Below, piece by piece: positions 49,523 to 59,087 of a DNA stretch of 64,000 nucleotides; the stretch's first letter is position 1; every line of letters begins with the position of its first letter. Location of the stretch: assembly GCA_032161105.1 (NCBI GenBank), contig JAVHTD010000005.1, one strand, 5' to 3'. Position numbers and translations under genes: made by a program. This DNA is from Candidatus Thermosaccharophagus tengchongensis (GTDB lineage Bacteria > Armatimonadota > Fervidibacteria > Fervidibacterales > Thermosaccharophagaceae). The notes beneath the pieces are model-generated. The model was given only the letters and a program-made list of their open reading frames with translations. It was not told the origin of the DNA and ran no database searches.

Positions 49523-50482
49523 CTATGCTGCTGTTTGTGATTGCTTTATCACAGCGCTCAATACCGGGAGCGGATTTACCATGTGCTTGTTCAACCCGAT
49601 TTCGCCAACCGATGCGCCAAACGCGAGCGCCATCAATTGCGTGAAGTAGACAATCGGCATTTCATGTTTCTGTCCAGCTTTAGCATCGGCATCGGCTTGG
49701 TAGACATCAAGGTTGACATGGCAAAGCGGGCACGCAACGCAAACAACTTGTGCCCCTCTCGCCTTTGCATCTGACAGTATCAAGTGGACACGCTCAGCAA
49801 CTAAGTCGCTCCTGCTGAGTGCCAAGCTTGCCCCACAGCATTCAACCTTGCACGCCCATTCAATCGGCTCAGCACCGATGGCTTCAATAAGCTTATCCAT
49901 CACCTGCGGATTTTCTGGGTCGTCAAATTGCATCACCTTTGGCGGGCGCACAAGCAAACACCCGTAATAGCATGCTACCTTTAAACCGTTGAGGGGTTGC
50001 TTCACCATCCCCCTTATGCGCTCAATGCCATACATCTCGCTCAGCACTGAGAGCAAGTGGAGGACATTGATCCCGCTAACTTGGTCAACTGAGCACCCAT
50101 CAAGCAATTCCGGCAGCTGCGATATCTTCTCCCTCAACGCGGTGTTGTGCTTCAGCTCATGTGCTGCAAACTTAAGCCTGTTAAAACACGCCGCGCATAC
50201 GGTCAAGACAGGCATTCCGAGCTTTGCAGCGAGCGCGAGGTTTCTTGCGCCGAGCGCTATCGGGAAAAGTGTCCTTATGGCGTGGGCGGGCGTGGCACCA
50301 CAACATATCCAATCGGGTATCTCCTCAAGCTCTATCCCGAGGAGCTTGCATAACGCTTTAGTTGACATGCCGTATTCAACTGCTGTTCCGGATAACGAGC
50401 ATCCGGGATAGTATGCAAACCTGAGATTGCTGGTTGCCGTGCTTGCAGCCTCAATGGCTTTGTGCTCCGTGTTTGCTGACAT
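49523..50482 (-). CDS. hdrB: Heterodisulfide reductase subunit B (CCG domains)
   Basis: Motifs YYPGC, WICCG, CAACF, YYGCLLVRP, ECCG and ACPLCH. Confidence 0.9.
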   Translation of the reverse strand: MSANTEHKAIEAASTATSNLRFAYYPGCSLSGTAVEYGMSTKALCKLLGIELEEIPDWICCGATPAHAIRTLFPIALGARNLALAAKLGMPVLTVCAACFNRLKFAAHELKHNTALREKISQLPELLDGCSVDQVSGINVLHLLSVLSEMYGIERIRGMVKQPLNGLKVACYYGCLLVRPPKVMQFDDPENPQVMDKLIEAIGAEPIEWACKVECCGASLALSRSDLVAERVHLILSDAKARGAQVVCVACPLCHVNLDVYQADADAKAGQKHEMPIVYFTQLMALAFGASVGEIGLNKHMVNPLPVLSAVIKQSQTAA

Positions 50483-51059
50483 GCCCTTCACCCTCTGCCC
50501 GTTCAAGCTTTTTCACCATTTCCCAGATGCCCCTTAGCTCCTTAAGCCCTTTGACTTTCTCCGGGAGCATCGGCAGTTTGCCGCGAGCAAACAGCTGCAA
50601 TCCCCTCCCAAAATCTTTGAATGGTCTCCCGAGAGCTATGTTGAGGCGCAATGCCAGTTCCGGCTCAAACACCCTTCCACGACGCTCTATGCTTTCAACG
50701 AACTGTGAGAGCGCCTCAACGGTCTCCCTCTCGGAGTCCGTATACCCAGCTTCAAGAGCCATAGCGCGCAATGTGTCCATGACTTGAGCGATCTCAACTT
50801 CCTGTGGACAGCGAGTCGTGCATGTCTGGCATGCTGCGCATATCCAAATTGTGCGGCTTCTAAGGACATCCTCACGCACTCCAAGTTGTATCAATCGCAT
50901 TATCCTCGCCGGGTCTATATCCATGGCAAACGCCATTGGACAACCAGCGCTGCACTTGCCGCACTGATAGCACTGGCTTACCTTCTGTCCCGATCGCCTC
51001 TCAACTTCGGCTGTGAACTCCTTAAGCCTTGCATCCGTAAGCCTGATAACATCGCTCAC
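50451..51059 (-). CDS. hdrC: Heterodisulfide reductase subunit C (2x[4Fe-4S])
   Basis: Motifs CYQCGKCSAGCP and WICAACQTCTTRCP. Confidence 0.9.
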   Translation of the reverse strand: MSDVIRLTDARLKEFTAEVERRSGQKVSQCYQCGKCSAGCPMAFAMDIDPARIMRLIQLGVREDVLRSRTIWICAACQTCTTRCPQEVEIAQVMDTLRAMALEAGYTDSERETVEALSQFVESIERRGRVFEPELALRLNIALGRPFKDFGRGLQLFARGKLPMLPEKVKGLKELRGIWEMVKKLERAEGEGHVSKHGAQSH

Positions 51060-51180
51060 TTTCCATCATCTCCCCAGCTGTGAACGGCGATGACCCGTTG
51101 TTTGAGGTTGCAACCTTGTTGCCATGCGTGTCCGCATCGCAGGTGATCACAGCCTCACCCATAAAGGTGAAGAGTTACTT

Positions 51181-51354
51181 GCCGAACGCAGCTCGTTCCA
51201 AAGAGCCCTTTCTCCGTTTGATGGGTTGAAGGAGAAACCCTCATGCCAACCCAGCTTTGATTGCTCAAACTCGCGTATCCACATCCTCGGGATGATGTCG
51301 CCTTCAGATCCGGCGTATCCCTTTTCCGGAGGGCGGCGCTGCTGCAAACTCGGC
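51181..51354 (-). ncRNA. Candidate structured RNA of unassigned family upstream of hdrC
   Basis: Closing stem 51341-51354 with 51181-51192, a GCAA-tetraloop hairpin, two further hairpins and crossing 7-bp helices. Confidence 0.35.
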
Positions 51355-51393
51355 GCATTCCTTTCCCTAAGAACGGCTCTTAGGTAGGGGATC

Positions 51394-52626
51394 CTACAAA
51401 GCTGATTTAAGCTCGTCTGCATGTGAGCGCACTTTGTCAATCGCTTTGGCTATGTCCTCCATATCCTTTTCATCGGCAAGCAGCACCCACTGAGGCAGCC
51501 AAACCGCTGTCTCAATCACTTCCTCGGTAACTGGCAGGCGCACGCCTGAGTAATCCACTTTGCGCCCCAGCAACCTCTCAAATCGCTTGGGCAGATATTC
51601 AAGGAACACAAGCTCACGATACAGCGGGCGCGAATAGCCCGGTGATAGTGGTATGCCCTCTTTTTGCACAGCAGTTGCAACCTGGTGTTTTGTGGCGTCG
51701 CCGAACTTGCTCAGGTCAAGCCTGAAGATGAAGAGGTGATACGCATTGCGCGTTACACGCTCATCTTCCCTTGGCAGGAGCACGCCATCAATCTCGGAGA
51801 GCAGCTTGCGCAAGCATGCGGCATTGTGTTCGCGCCTTTGTGCCCATTCCTCCATGCGCTCAAGTTGAGCGAGCAGGACTGCTGCTTGCCATTCGGTCAT
51901 CCTGTAGTTTCCGCCCATAATTGGATGCTCATACCATTCGCCTCCGGGACGACGCCCAACATTGTGAAGTGACCACGCTGTGAGGTAAACATCTTCGTCG
52001 TTCGTGATGATAATACCGCCTTCACCTGCGGAGATGTTCTTTGAGTTTTGAAATGAGAAGCAGCCGGCATCGCCAAATGAGCCGACGGGCTTACCACGCC
52101 ACGATGCCGAATGTGCTTGTGCACAATCCTCAACAACTTTTAAGTTGTATCGCTTTGCCACATCCATGATGGCATCCATGTCCGCTGGGCGACCGCCGAT
52201 ATGCACAGGGATGATTGCTTTTGTGCGTTCGGTTATATGGGCTTCAATTGAGCGCGCATCAATGTTGTAGGTGTCCGGTTCTATGTCGGCAAACACAGGC
52301 ACTGCACCTATGTTGACACCGCATGTCGCGGTTGCAACGAATGTATACGGTGGTATGATGAACTCATCGCCTGGTTCAACTCCGACCGCTCTCAAGGCAA
52401 GTTCAAGCGCCACAGTCCCACTTGTAACTGAAACACCATACTTGCACCCATGCGCCTTTGCGAATCGTTCCTCAAATTCAACAGCCTTAGGTCCCCTCGT
52501 GCCCCAATGCACAGAGTTAACCACCTCGGTGAGCAGCTCAAGCTCCCTTCCACCTTGCTGCGGCCATTTAATATCCCATCCAGATCGCCTCACTGGTTGA
52601 CCGCCCGCTATTGCGAGTTTTGGCAT
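51394..52626 (-). CDS. DegT/DnrJ/EryC1/StrS-family PLP aminotransferase
   Basis: Motifs SGTVAL, YTFVAT, EDCAQAH, SFQNSKNISAGEGG and NYRMTE. SD AGGAGG. Confidence 0.9.
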   Translation of the reverse strand: MPKLAIAGGQPVRRSGWDIKWPQQGGRELELLTEVVNSVHWGTRGPKAVEFEERFAKAHGCKYGVSVTSGTVALELALRAVGVEPGDEFIIPPYTFVATATCGVNIGAVPVFADIEPDTYNIDARSIEAHITERTKAIIPVHIGGRPADMDAIMDVAKRYNLKVVEDCAQAHSASWRGKPVGSFGDAGCFSFQNSKNISAGEGGIIITNDEDVYLTAWSLHNVGRRPGGEWYEHPIMGGNYRMTEWQAAVLLAQLERMEEWAQRREHNAACLRKLLSEIDGVLLPREDERVTRNAYHLFIFRLDLSKFGDATKHQVATAVQKEGIPLSPGYSRPLYRELVFLEYLPKRFERLLGRKVDYSGVRLPVTEEVIETAVWLPQWVLLADEKDMEDIAKAIDKVRSHADELKSAL

Positions 52627-52967
52627 GCCCGCCACCTCCTTGAACAGCCTGTTAGGACTCATACTGCAATTATGCCTTTGGCGTGCTATACTTGCACCGC
52701 GCTCATGCGAATGCAACTGCAGCCGTGTGGATAGCATCAAAATGATAGCCACCCGTGTGAAGAGGGCTGTGACAAGTCAAGTGTGGTATAAAGTAAATGG
52801 CTTTGATGCCATCGCTGCAGATGGAGAAGAGCAATAAGCAAGGTCTCAGGGAGGTGATGTGAAAAGGCAACACGGTGAAACGAAACAATCGCATACGGAG
52901 AAAGTGAATGGACATCACGGCGAGAATGGAAGGACATAAAGACCTTGTCCACAGGGAGGCGATCAGG

Positions 52968-53609
52968 ATGGTAAAGCGGATGGCGGCGTTTACGCTCATT
53001 GAACTGTTGGTCGTGATCACCATCATAGCTATTCTGGCGGGCATTTTGTTCCCCGTCTTCTCACGAGCTCGTGAGAAAGGGCGCTCTGCAGCCTGCCAGT
53101 CAAACCTTAAGCAGATTGGACTTGCGATGGCGATGTATCGTGAGGACTTTGACCTTGTAAATGTGCCGGGGCCAGATCAGGGAGCAGTCCTTTCATGGGC
53201 TGTGTTGCTTAAGCCGTATCACAAGAACACGCAAATATTCACATGCCCAAGCAGGGCAAGGTGGGAGATCGGTCCGACGGTGAATTGCCCCGGCGATGCC
53301 GGATGTGTCCAATCGGGAGGTTATCAGATGGCTGAGTTAAGAGATACTCAGAGTGGACGATCCGGCACCGGTTGGCATGATTCAGACATTGAGGACCCGA
53401 GCAACACAGTCATCGCAATTGATTCCAACGATAACGCGGATGCGCTAAATAAAACAATCATTAACCAAGGTGCATATGACCCGACTGACCGTGACCTTAA
53501 CCGCCACTTTGACGGCATTAATGTGCTTTGGTATGATGGGCATGTGAAGTATATGCGTTCCGATAAGCTCAAGACGGAGGATCGCTACTGGACAATTAAC
53601 GAGGATTAG
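52968..53609 (+). CDS. Prepilin-type N-terminal methylation domain protein with H-X9-DG C-terminus (DUF1559-like)
   Basis: [43 protein letters not shown] and [16 protein letters not shown]. Confidence 0.88.
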   Translation: MVKRMAAFTLIELLVVITIIAILAGILFPVFSRAREKGRSAACQSNLKQIGLAMAMYREDFDLVNVPGPDQGAVLSWAVLLKPYHKNTQIFTCPSRARWEIGPTVNCPGDAGCVQSGGYQMAELRDTQSGRSGTGWHDSDIEDPSNTVIAIDSNDNADALNKTIINQGAYDPTDRDLNRHFDGINVLWYDGHVKYMRSDKLKTEDRYWTINED

Positions 53610-53638
53610 CTAAGGCGTTCGTGTTCTTGTGTGCAGTG

Positions 53639-53687
53639 TGGGCATTGCCCATACGGTAAATGGAGAATGGTGGGCAATGCCCATTTT
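53639..53687 (+). terminator. Inverted repeat after the prepilin-like gene (possible terminator)
   Basis: TGGGCATTGCCCA (53639-53651) and TGGGCAATGCCCA (53671-53683), followed by TTTT. Confidence 0.45.
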
Positions 53688-53891
53688 CGTGTATGCTGGT
53701 GTTAAACCCCTATGAGAGAAATGCAAGCGTGTAGATCGCTGTTTGCCCCTACAAAAGGGTGCCGAATGCATAAGCCCTATATGAACGCCAAATTTTAGTC
53801 TCGGGGTTTGATTGGCAGCGGAAGTTTGATCCATCGGTGTTGCCTTCATTGCCTGCGAAGCCACACTATCCTGCTTTGGTGGGGGATTCTC

Positions 53892-55346
53892 ATGGTGCGA
53901 GTTCGCATAGCTCCGGCTCCAACTGGCGCATTACATGTCGGGACAGCACGGACTGCCCTTTTCAACTGGCTTTTTGCGAGGAAGCATGGTGGCGAATTCT
54001 TGCTGCGCATAGAGGATACTGATAAGGAGCGTTCAAAGCCGGAGTTCGTTGAGCAAATTATTGAGGGTCTAAAGTGGCTCGGTCTGGAATGGGACGAGGG
54101 TCCATTTTTCCAATCGGAGCGATTACAGGTGTATCGCGACGAGGCATATAGGTTGCTTGAGGAAGGTAAAGCATACCTTTGCTTCTGCACGCCAGAGGAA
54201 CTTGAGGAGAGGCGTAGGCAGATGCTGTCGGAGGGCTTGCCGCCAAGATACGACAGGCGCTGCAGATACTTGAATGATTCGGAGCGCAAGAGAATGCTCA
54301 GCGAAGGGAGAAAGTATGTGCTAAGGTTTGCCATGCCAACCGATGGTGAAACGAAGTTTTACGATTTGGTTCGCGGCGAGATAAGCGTTCGCAACGAGGA
54401 GCTTGATGACTTTGTCATCCTCAAGTCAGATGGCACTCCAACATATAACTTTGCGTGCGTGGTTGACGATCACGAAATGCGCATCACGCATGTCATACGC
54501 GGTGAGGATCACATACCAAACACGCCGCGTCAGATTTGGCTATACGCAGCGTTGGGATATGAGCCCCCACAGTTTGCCCATTTGCCTTTGCTCCTTGGAC
54601 AGGATAGGAGCAAGCTCTCAAAGCGTCATGGTGCAACAAGCCTGCTTGAATATCGTGACATGGGCATACTGCCTGAAGCGATGTTCAACTTCCTTGCGCT
54701 GCTCGGTTGGTCACCCAGCGGCTCAGGGGGCGAGGAGATTTTCAGCCGTGACGAGCTCATTGAGCGCTTTGAAATAACTCAGGTGAAGCCGAGCGGCGCT
54801 ATATTCAACCTTGAAAAGTTGCTCTGGATGAACGCTTATTACATTCGGCAATGCAACTTGGAGAGGCTAACAGGGCTATGTATCCCATACTTGAGGGGAA
54901 GCAACTTGATCAGCAGCGAGGAAAGTGAGGCTGAATTGCAGCTTGCTCGGAAAGCAATCGGGCTTGTGCGTGACAGAATGAAGCTCCTTTCGGAAGCACC
55001 CTCGCTTTGTGATTACTTCTTCAAGGACCCAATTGAGTATGAGCCTGACGGGGTGCGCAAATGGCTTTCTCAGGATGATGTTTCTGAGCTGCTTGAGGAG
55101 CTTGCCCAACGGATTGAAATGCTTGAGCAATTTGATGCTGCTGCAGTTGAGACCACTCTTCGCAAGCTTGCTCAAGAGAGGGGAATCAGCGCTGCACGCC
55201 TTATCCATCCAACAAGGCTCGCAGTGACTGGGCGAACTGTAGGTCCTGGGCTGTTTGAATTGATGGAAGTGGTTGGAAAGGATGCATGTGTGAGGCGCTT
55301 GCGCAAATGCGCCTCATGGGTGAAAGCCAAGCAACAAGCGATTTAG
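53892..55346 (+). CDS. gltX: Glutamate--tRNA ligase
   Basis: Motifs RVRIAPAPTGALHVG, LRIEDTD, DDHEMRITHVIRGEDH and KLSKR. Confidence 0.95.
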   Translation: MVRVRIAPAPTGALHVGTARTALFNWLFARKHGGEFLLRIEDTDKERSKPEFVEQIIEGLKWLGLEWDEGPFFQSERLQVYRDEAYRLLEEGKAYLCFCTPEELEERRRQMLSEGLPPRYDRRCRYLNDSERKRMLSEGRKYVLRFAMPTDGETKFYDLVRGEISVRNEELDDFVILKSDGTPTYNFACVVDDHEMRITHVIRGEDHIPNTPRQIWLYAALGYEPPQFAHLPLLLGQDRSKLSKRHGATSLLEYRDMGILPEAMFNFLALLGWSPSGSGGEEIFSRDELIERFEITQVKPSGAIFNLEKLLWMNAYYIRQCNLERLTGLCIPYLRGSNLISSEESEAELQLARKAIGLVRDRMKLLSEAPSLCDYFFKDPIEYEPDGVRKWLSQDDVSELLEELAQRIEMLEQFDAAAVETTLRKLAQERGISAARLIHPTRLAVTGRTVGPGLFELMEVVGKDACVRRLRKCASWVKAKQQAI

Positions 55347-55469
55347 CCGATGGCATGTCCTCTAAATGTCCCACTCCATCACGGGGTGGAATTTAAAGCT
55401 TTGCATCTCCTCGTGCACACAGCCTTCACAGCTGAATTGTTGTTCCTCAAGTGCTGTAGCCCATCTTGC

Positions 55470-56675
55470 TCAAGAGAGATTGAATGCCACTCCTTCTTCT
55501 GCTGACACATACCCCGCATAGATGACTCGCACAACATCTACAGCCAAATCAATTCCCGAGAGCGGTTGATGCGATGGGTCAAGCACAGCCATTACGGCAT
55601 CCTGCATCTCTTGAGGGTAACCGCGAAGGAAATCTTCGTTCACGCTCGGGAATGTCCAGCCGGCTTTTGTCTCAAGCTTCTCCGCTATGTATTCATCGGC
55701 GAATATTTCCGGCGATGGCGCATAGGCAACACATGTGTCGTTCGGATTCATGTTGATCTGTATGCGGCAGTTTGATGCGTAAATTTCCATTCGGTCATAG
55801 ATACCGCCAAGACAGCAATCATTCGCGAAGATAACCGCCTTTGAGCCGTCATCAAAGTCAATCACAGCCATGCTCCAGTTTTCCACATCCATCCATCCGG
55901 TCACGATGAAATGGCGTTCCTCGCGCTTGAAGTTCTCCATCTGCGTTAGGTCAGACACTTGTGCGTAGACGGCTTTGGGGAGTATTGGCTTGCCGTGTTT
56001 CAACATGCCCTCAACCTGCTTCAAGTAAAGCACAGCTCCAATTGGATGCGAGCCCAAGCGCAACAATGCACCACCACCGCAGGTGCGCCATCGGAATGAA
56101 AATGGCGATGCAGAACCGCTGTGTGATTCCTCAGCCCGGATGAAAAGCACAGTCCCACCCGAAGCTTCAAGCAGCCTCTTTGCCTTTTGAATCGGGGGCG
56201 CGTATACCCAGTTTTCCGCATATGTGAACTTGACACCGGCTTCCAACACTGCCTTCTTTATTTCCTGTGCGTTTGCCAATGCCTTTTCAAACATCGTTCT
56301 CTTGGGAATGGCATGCCCAATTAGCTCCACATCCTCTGGGACATCTTCACCGAAGTAGCCCGTCAACGGCTTTTCACAAACGATGTGTTTCCCAGCTTGA
56401 GCGGCTTCAATGCAAACCTGCTTATGAATGTGGTTTGGGGTGCACACATCAATTAGGTGGATGTCGTTGCGCTCGAGCATTCGCCTGTAGTCGTCATACG
56501 CATCTGGAATGCCACGCTGCCTCGCAAACGCCTCAGCCCTCTCCAAATGCTTTGAGGCAACTGCTACAACCTCAGCTTGCGGTATCGTGGCGTAGGCATC
56601 ATAGTGGAATTTTCCGGCAAGTCCGACTCCCACTATTCCGACCCGCACCTTGTCCATTTTCTCCACCTCCATCAT
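55470..56675 (-). CDS. Gfo/Idh/MocA-family oxidoreductase
   Basis: Motifs VGIVGVG, TPNHIH, GKHIVCEKPL and GGGAL. Confidence 0.88.
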   Translation of the reverse strand: MMEVEKMDKVRVGIVGVGLAGKFHYDAYATIPQAEVVAVASKHLERAEAFARQRGIPDAYDDYRRMLERNDIHLIDVCTPNHIHKQVCIEAAQAGKHIVCEKPLTGYFGEDVPEDVELIGHAIPKRTMFEKALANAQEIKKAVLEAGVKFTYAENWVYAPPIQKAKRLLEASGGTVLFIRAEESHSGSASPFSFRWRTCGGGALLRLGSHPIGAVLYLKQVEGMLKHGKPILPKAVYAQVSDLTQMENFKREERHFIVTGWMDVENWSMAVIDFDDGSKAVIFANDCCLGGIYDRMEIYASNCRIQINMNPNDTCVAYAPSPEIFADEYIAEKLETKAGWTFPSVNEDFLRGYPQEMQDAVMAVLDPSHQPLSGIDLAVDVVRVIYAGYVSAEEGVAFNLS

Positions 56676-57013
56676 CTGCAGTTTTGTGGCACATTACAGT
56701 ATGCAACTTCAAGCTACGGCAGTGTAGACATCGTGAAGGTGTTGGACGACATGTTGCAGATATGCCAAAAGTGGTGTTGTCGTTTTCCGCGGCATAGCAT
56801 AGTTTGCTGAAACATCGCCCGCAATGCTCTTCACTTGCAACTTGTCTGCCACATAAGCTGCAGCGCTATTGCGCATAGCAATCTTTTGGTCGGCTGTTCT
56901 TGAAGTTGAACCCGAAAGGCTTTGGCGCGCGTTGGAGTTCGCTGAGGGAAGGCGAGGCGCTTTAGTCCGCACAACCAAAGCCACACCGGCAGATTTGAAT
57001 TCGCTCATGACAG

Positions 57014-58000
57014 GTGATTGATTGTGGTGTGGAGGTGAAAGCTGTGAAGCGAATAACAATTGGCGGGGCTCTGAATGTATCCCAAGTGTGGCTTGGAATG
57101 CTACAGCTTGCGCAAGCATCGGTTGACCAAATGACCGCAATGAATGTGGTAACATCCTCGCTCTCATTAGGAGTGAGCGTTTTTGATTGTGCCCGTGAGT
57201 ATGGCGGACATGAGATCATGGCGGAGGTGATTGAAAGTTTGGGCGCTCATGGGAAGGGGGAATTGGTCATTGCTGACAAATCAAGGGCACGCAGCTACGA
57301 AGACATGGAAACTGCAATAGCTGAAAGTTTAACCGAATTGGGCTGCGAGCAGATTGGCATCTACATGTTGCACGATGTGCGCGGCAGGGAGGATTTTGAG
57401 CTCCGCACAGGTGCGTGGAGGTATTTGGTTGAAGCGAAGGAAATGGGCTTGGTGCACGCTATCGGAATCTCAACCCGCACTGTTGAAGGGGTTAAGCTTG
57501 CAGCTGAAATTGATGAGTTGGACATTGTCCAAGCGCCATTCAATGAGGTCGGTGTAGGGATATTTGATGGCGACATAGGCGCAATGGAGAGGGCACTTGA
57601 GTTAGCAAAGGCAAAGGGGAAGACGATATGCGCCTTCAAGGTTTTTGGAGGTGGGGCTCTCTTCAGGAGGTGGAAGGAGGCTCTAAAGTTCGTCCTCAAG
57701 CACAAGTGCGTTGATTGCATTTGCATTGGTGCTACAACCTCTGCCGAGGTGAGGGCTGTAGTTTCCTTTCTCAACCAACTTGAATCAGACTCCCTTGCAG
57801 GATATGGCTTAAGGCAGCGAATAGTGATAGCTGATTGGTGTATCTCGTGCGGTATATGCGCTCAAGTGTGTCCGACTGGAGCACTCGTCTTTCGTGAGGG
57901 GAGCCTGCAAGTAGACGAAAGCACATGCACATTTTGCGGCGCTTGCATTGCGGCTTGCTTAGAGGAAGCCATTTTCATCGTCCAAGTGGAACAGCTATAA
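57014..58000 (+). CDS. Aldo/keto reductase with C-terminal 2x[4Fe-4S] ferredoxin domain (start uncertain)
   Basis: Motifs FDCAREYG, MLHD and IGISTR. C-terminal CISCGICAQVCP and CTFCGACIAAC. Confidence 0.8.
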   Translation: MIDCGVEVKAVKRITIGGALNVSQVWLGMLQLAQASVDQMTAMNVVTSSLSLGVSVFDCAREYGGHEIMAEVIESLGAHGKGELVIADKSRARSYEDMETAIAESLTELGCEQIGIYMLHDVRGREDFELRTGAWRYLVEAKEMGLVHAIGISTRTVEGVKLAAEIDELDIVQAPFNEVGVGIFDGDIGAMERALELAKAKGKTICAFKVFGGGALFRRWKEALKFVLKHKCVDCICIGATTSAEVRAVVSFLNQLESDSLAGYGLRQRIVIADWCISCGICAQVCPTGALVFREGSLQVDESTCTFCGACIAACLEEAIFIVQVEQL

Positions 58001-58048
58001 ACATCCTCTTTGGCAGATCTGAATGCGGCGTTTACCTCGGAGGCGAGC

Positions 58049-58564
58049 TTAGTCGTCTTCTTCCTCTCCAAGCTCGCTTATGAGCCTGTTGAACCGCTCC
58101 CACTCGTCCTCGTTCTCCTCGTTGGTTACGGAGATGAGCGATTCTATAACGGCACCGCTTATGTAAACTGGCGCGTTCGTGCGCAGCGCTAACGCAATTG
58201 CGTCGCTTGGGCGAGAGTCAATGTCACGCAACCCAAATTGAGTTTCAAGCGTGATGTAAGCGTAGTATGTGCGCTCCACGAGGTCGTGAATTACGACGCG
58301 CACGACCTTCACGCCGAGCTCATCAAGGATGTTGCGCAAAAGGTCGTGTGTGAGCGGGCGAGGTGGCTTCTCACCGCGCAACTCAAACGCTATGGCGAGT
58401 GCCTCTGCACTCCCTATCCAGATCGGGAGGACGCGGTTGCTTTTTGGTTCGCGCAGTATGACGACATGGTTGTTGAACGGATCCCGTGCTACCGTCTCAA
58501 TTTGCACCTCAAGCATTGTTCTCACCACTTTCCTTGAATTGGCTTTGACGACTTCACATGCCAT
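58049..58564 (-). CDS. Bifunctional nuclease family protein (DUF151)
   Basis: Motifs LPIWIG..EA, PRPLTHDL and IDSRPSDAIALA. The true start may be about 45 nt downstream (MLEVQ). Confidence 0.9.
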   Translation of the reverse strand: MACEVVKANSRKVVRTMLEVQIETVARDPFNNHVVILREPKSNRVLPIWIGSAEALAIAFELRGEKPPRPLTHDLLRNILDELGVKVVRVVIHDLVERTYYAYITLETQFGLRDIDSRPSDAIALALRTNAPVYISGAVIESLISVTNEENEDEWERFNRLISELGEEEDD

Positions 58565-58588
58565 TATAGCGATGCGTCACGGCTAATG

Positions 58589-58897
58589 TCATTCGTCGTC
58601 GGAGCCAAAGAACCTCCCGAAAAATGTTTTACGGCGAGGTGGCTTAATGGTATGCACACCTTCGTAAGCTATGCCGTTGGCTTGCAGCAATTTTATAGCC
58701 TCGCTTTTCTGTGCGCAGTTGAGCTTGATGGAGATGGCGCAGTCTGAGGAAATGGCTCTCGGCACTGGAATAACCTCCACCTGAATGCCATTGGATTTGA
58801 GCAAGCCCTCAGCCCGCAACACATGCGAGGTTGTTGGAAATGTGATGATGCAAAACAACGCTTTTCTCGCATGGTCGCTTTCCGACATGAAATTCAT
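58589..58897 (-). CDS. DUF3343-type putative Se/S carrier protein
   Basis: F.TTSHVLRAE.LL...IPVPRAISSDC motif, immediately downstream of selD. Confidence 0.75.
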   Translation of the reverse strand: MNFMSESDHARKALFCIITFPTTSHVLRAEGLLKSNGIQVEVIPVPRAISSDCAISIKLNCAQKSEAIKLLQANGIAYEGVHTIKPPRRKTFFGRFFGSDDE

Positions 58898-59087
58898 CCC
58901 TCAATTCTGCCTTGTTGATCGGACGCTCACTGCCATTGGATATGTTTTGCGTGAGGCGTCACAGTGTAGTGTATCGTGTTCGCACGCGTAGGTAACCGAT
59001 CTATCGGATGAGCAGCTGCTGAGCAGCATCTGTAGAAGTTACGCTGTGAGTGTGTGTTAGATTGTAAGCCCATCGCTTTTGGCGTAG

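Noticed and set aside
51124..51440. Short ORFs in the degT-hdrC gap (51124-51387 +, 51147-51440 -, 51155-51358 -)
   Set aside because: No convincing SD or motifs; the region is better explained by RNA structure, though coding cannot be fully excluded.
56709..57167. 152-aa minus-strand ORF
   Set aside because: Overlaps the aldo/keto reductase start and the divergent promoter region, with no recognisable motifs.
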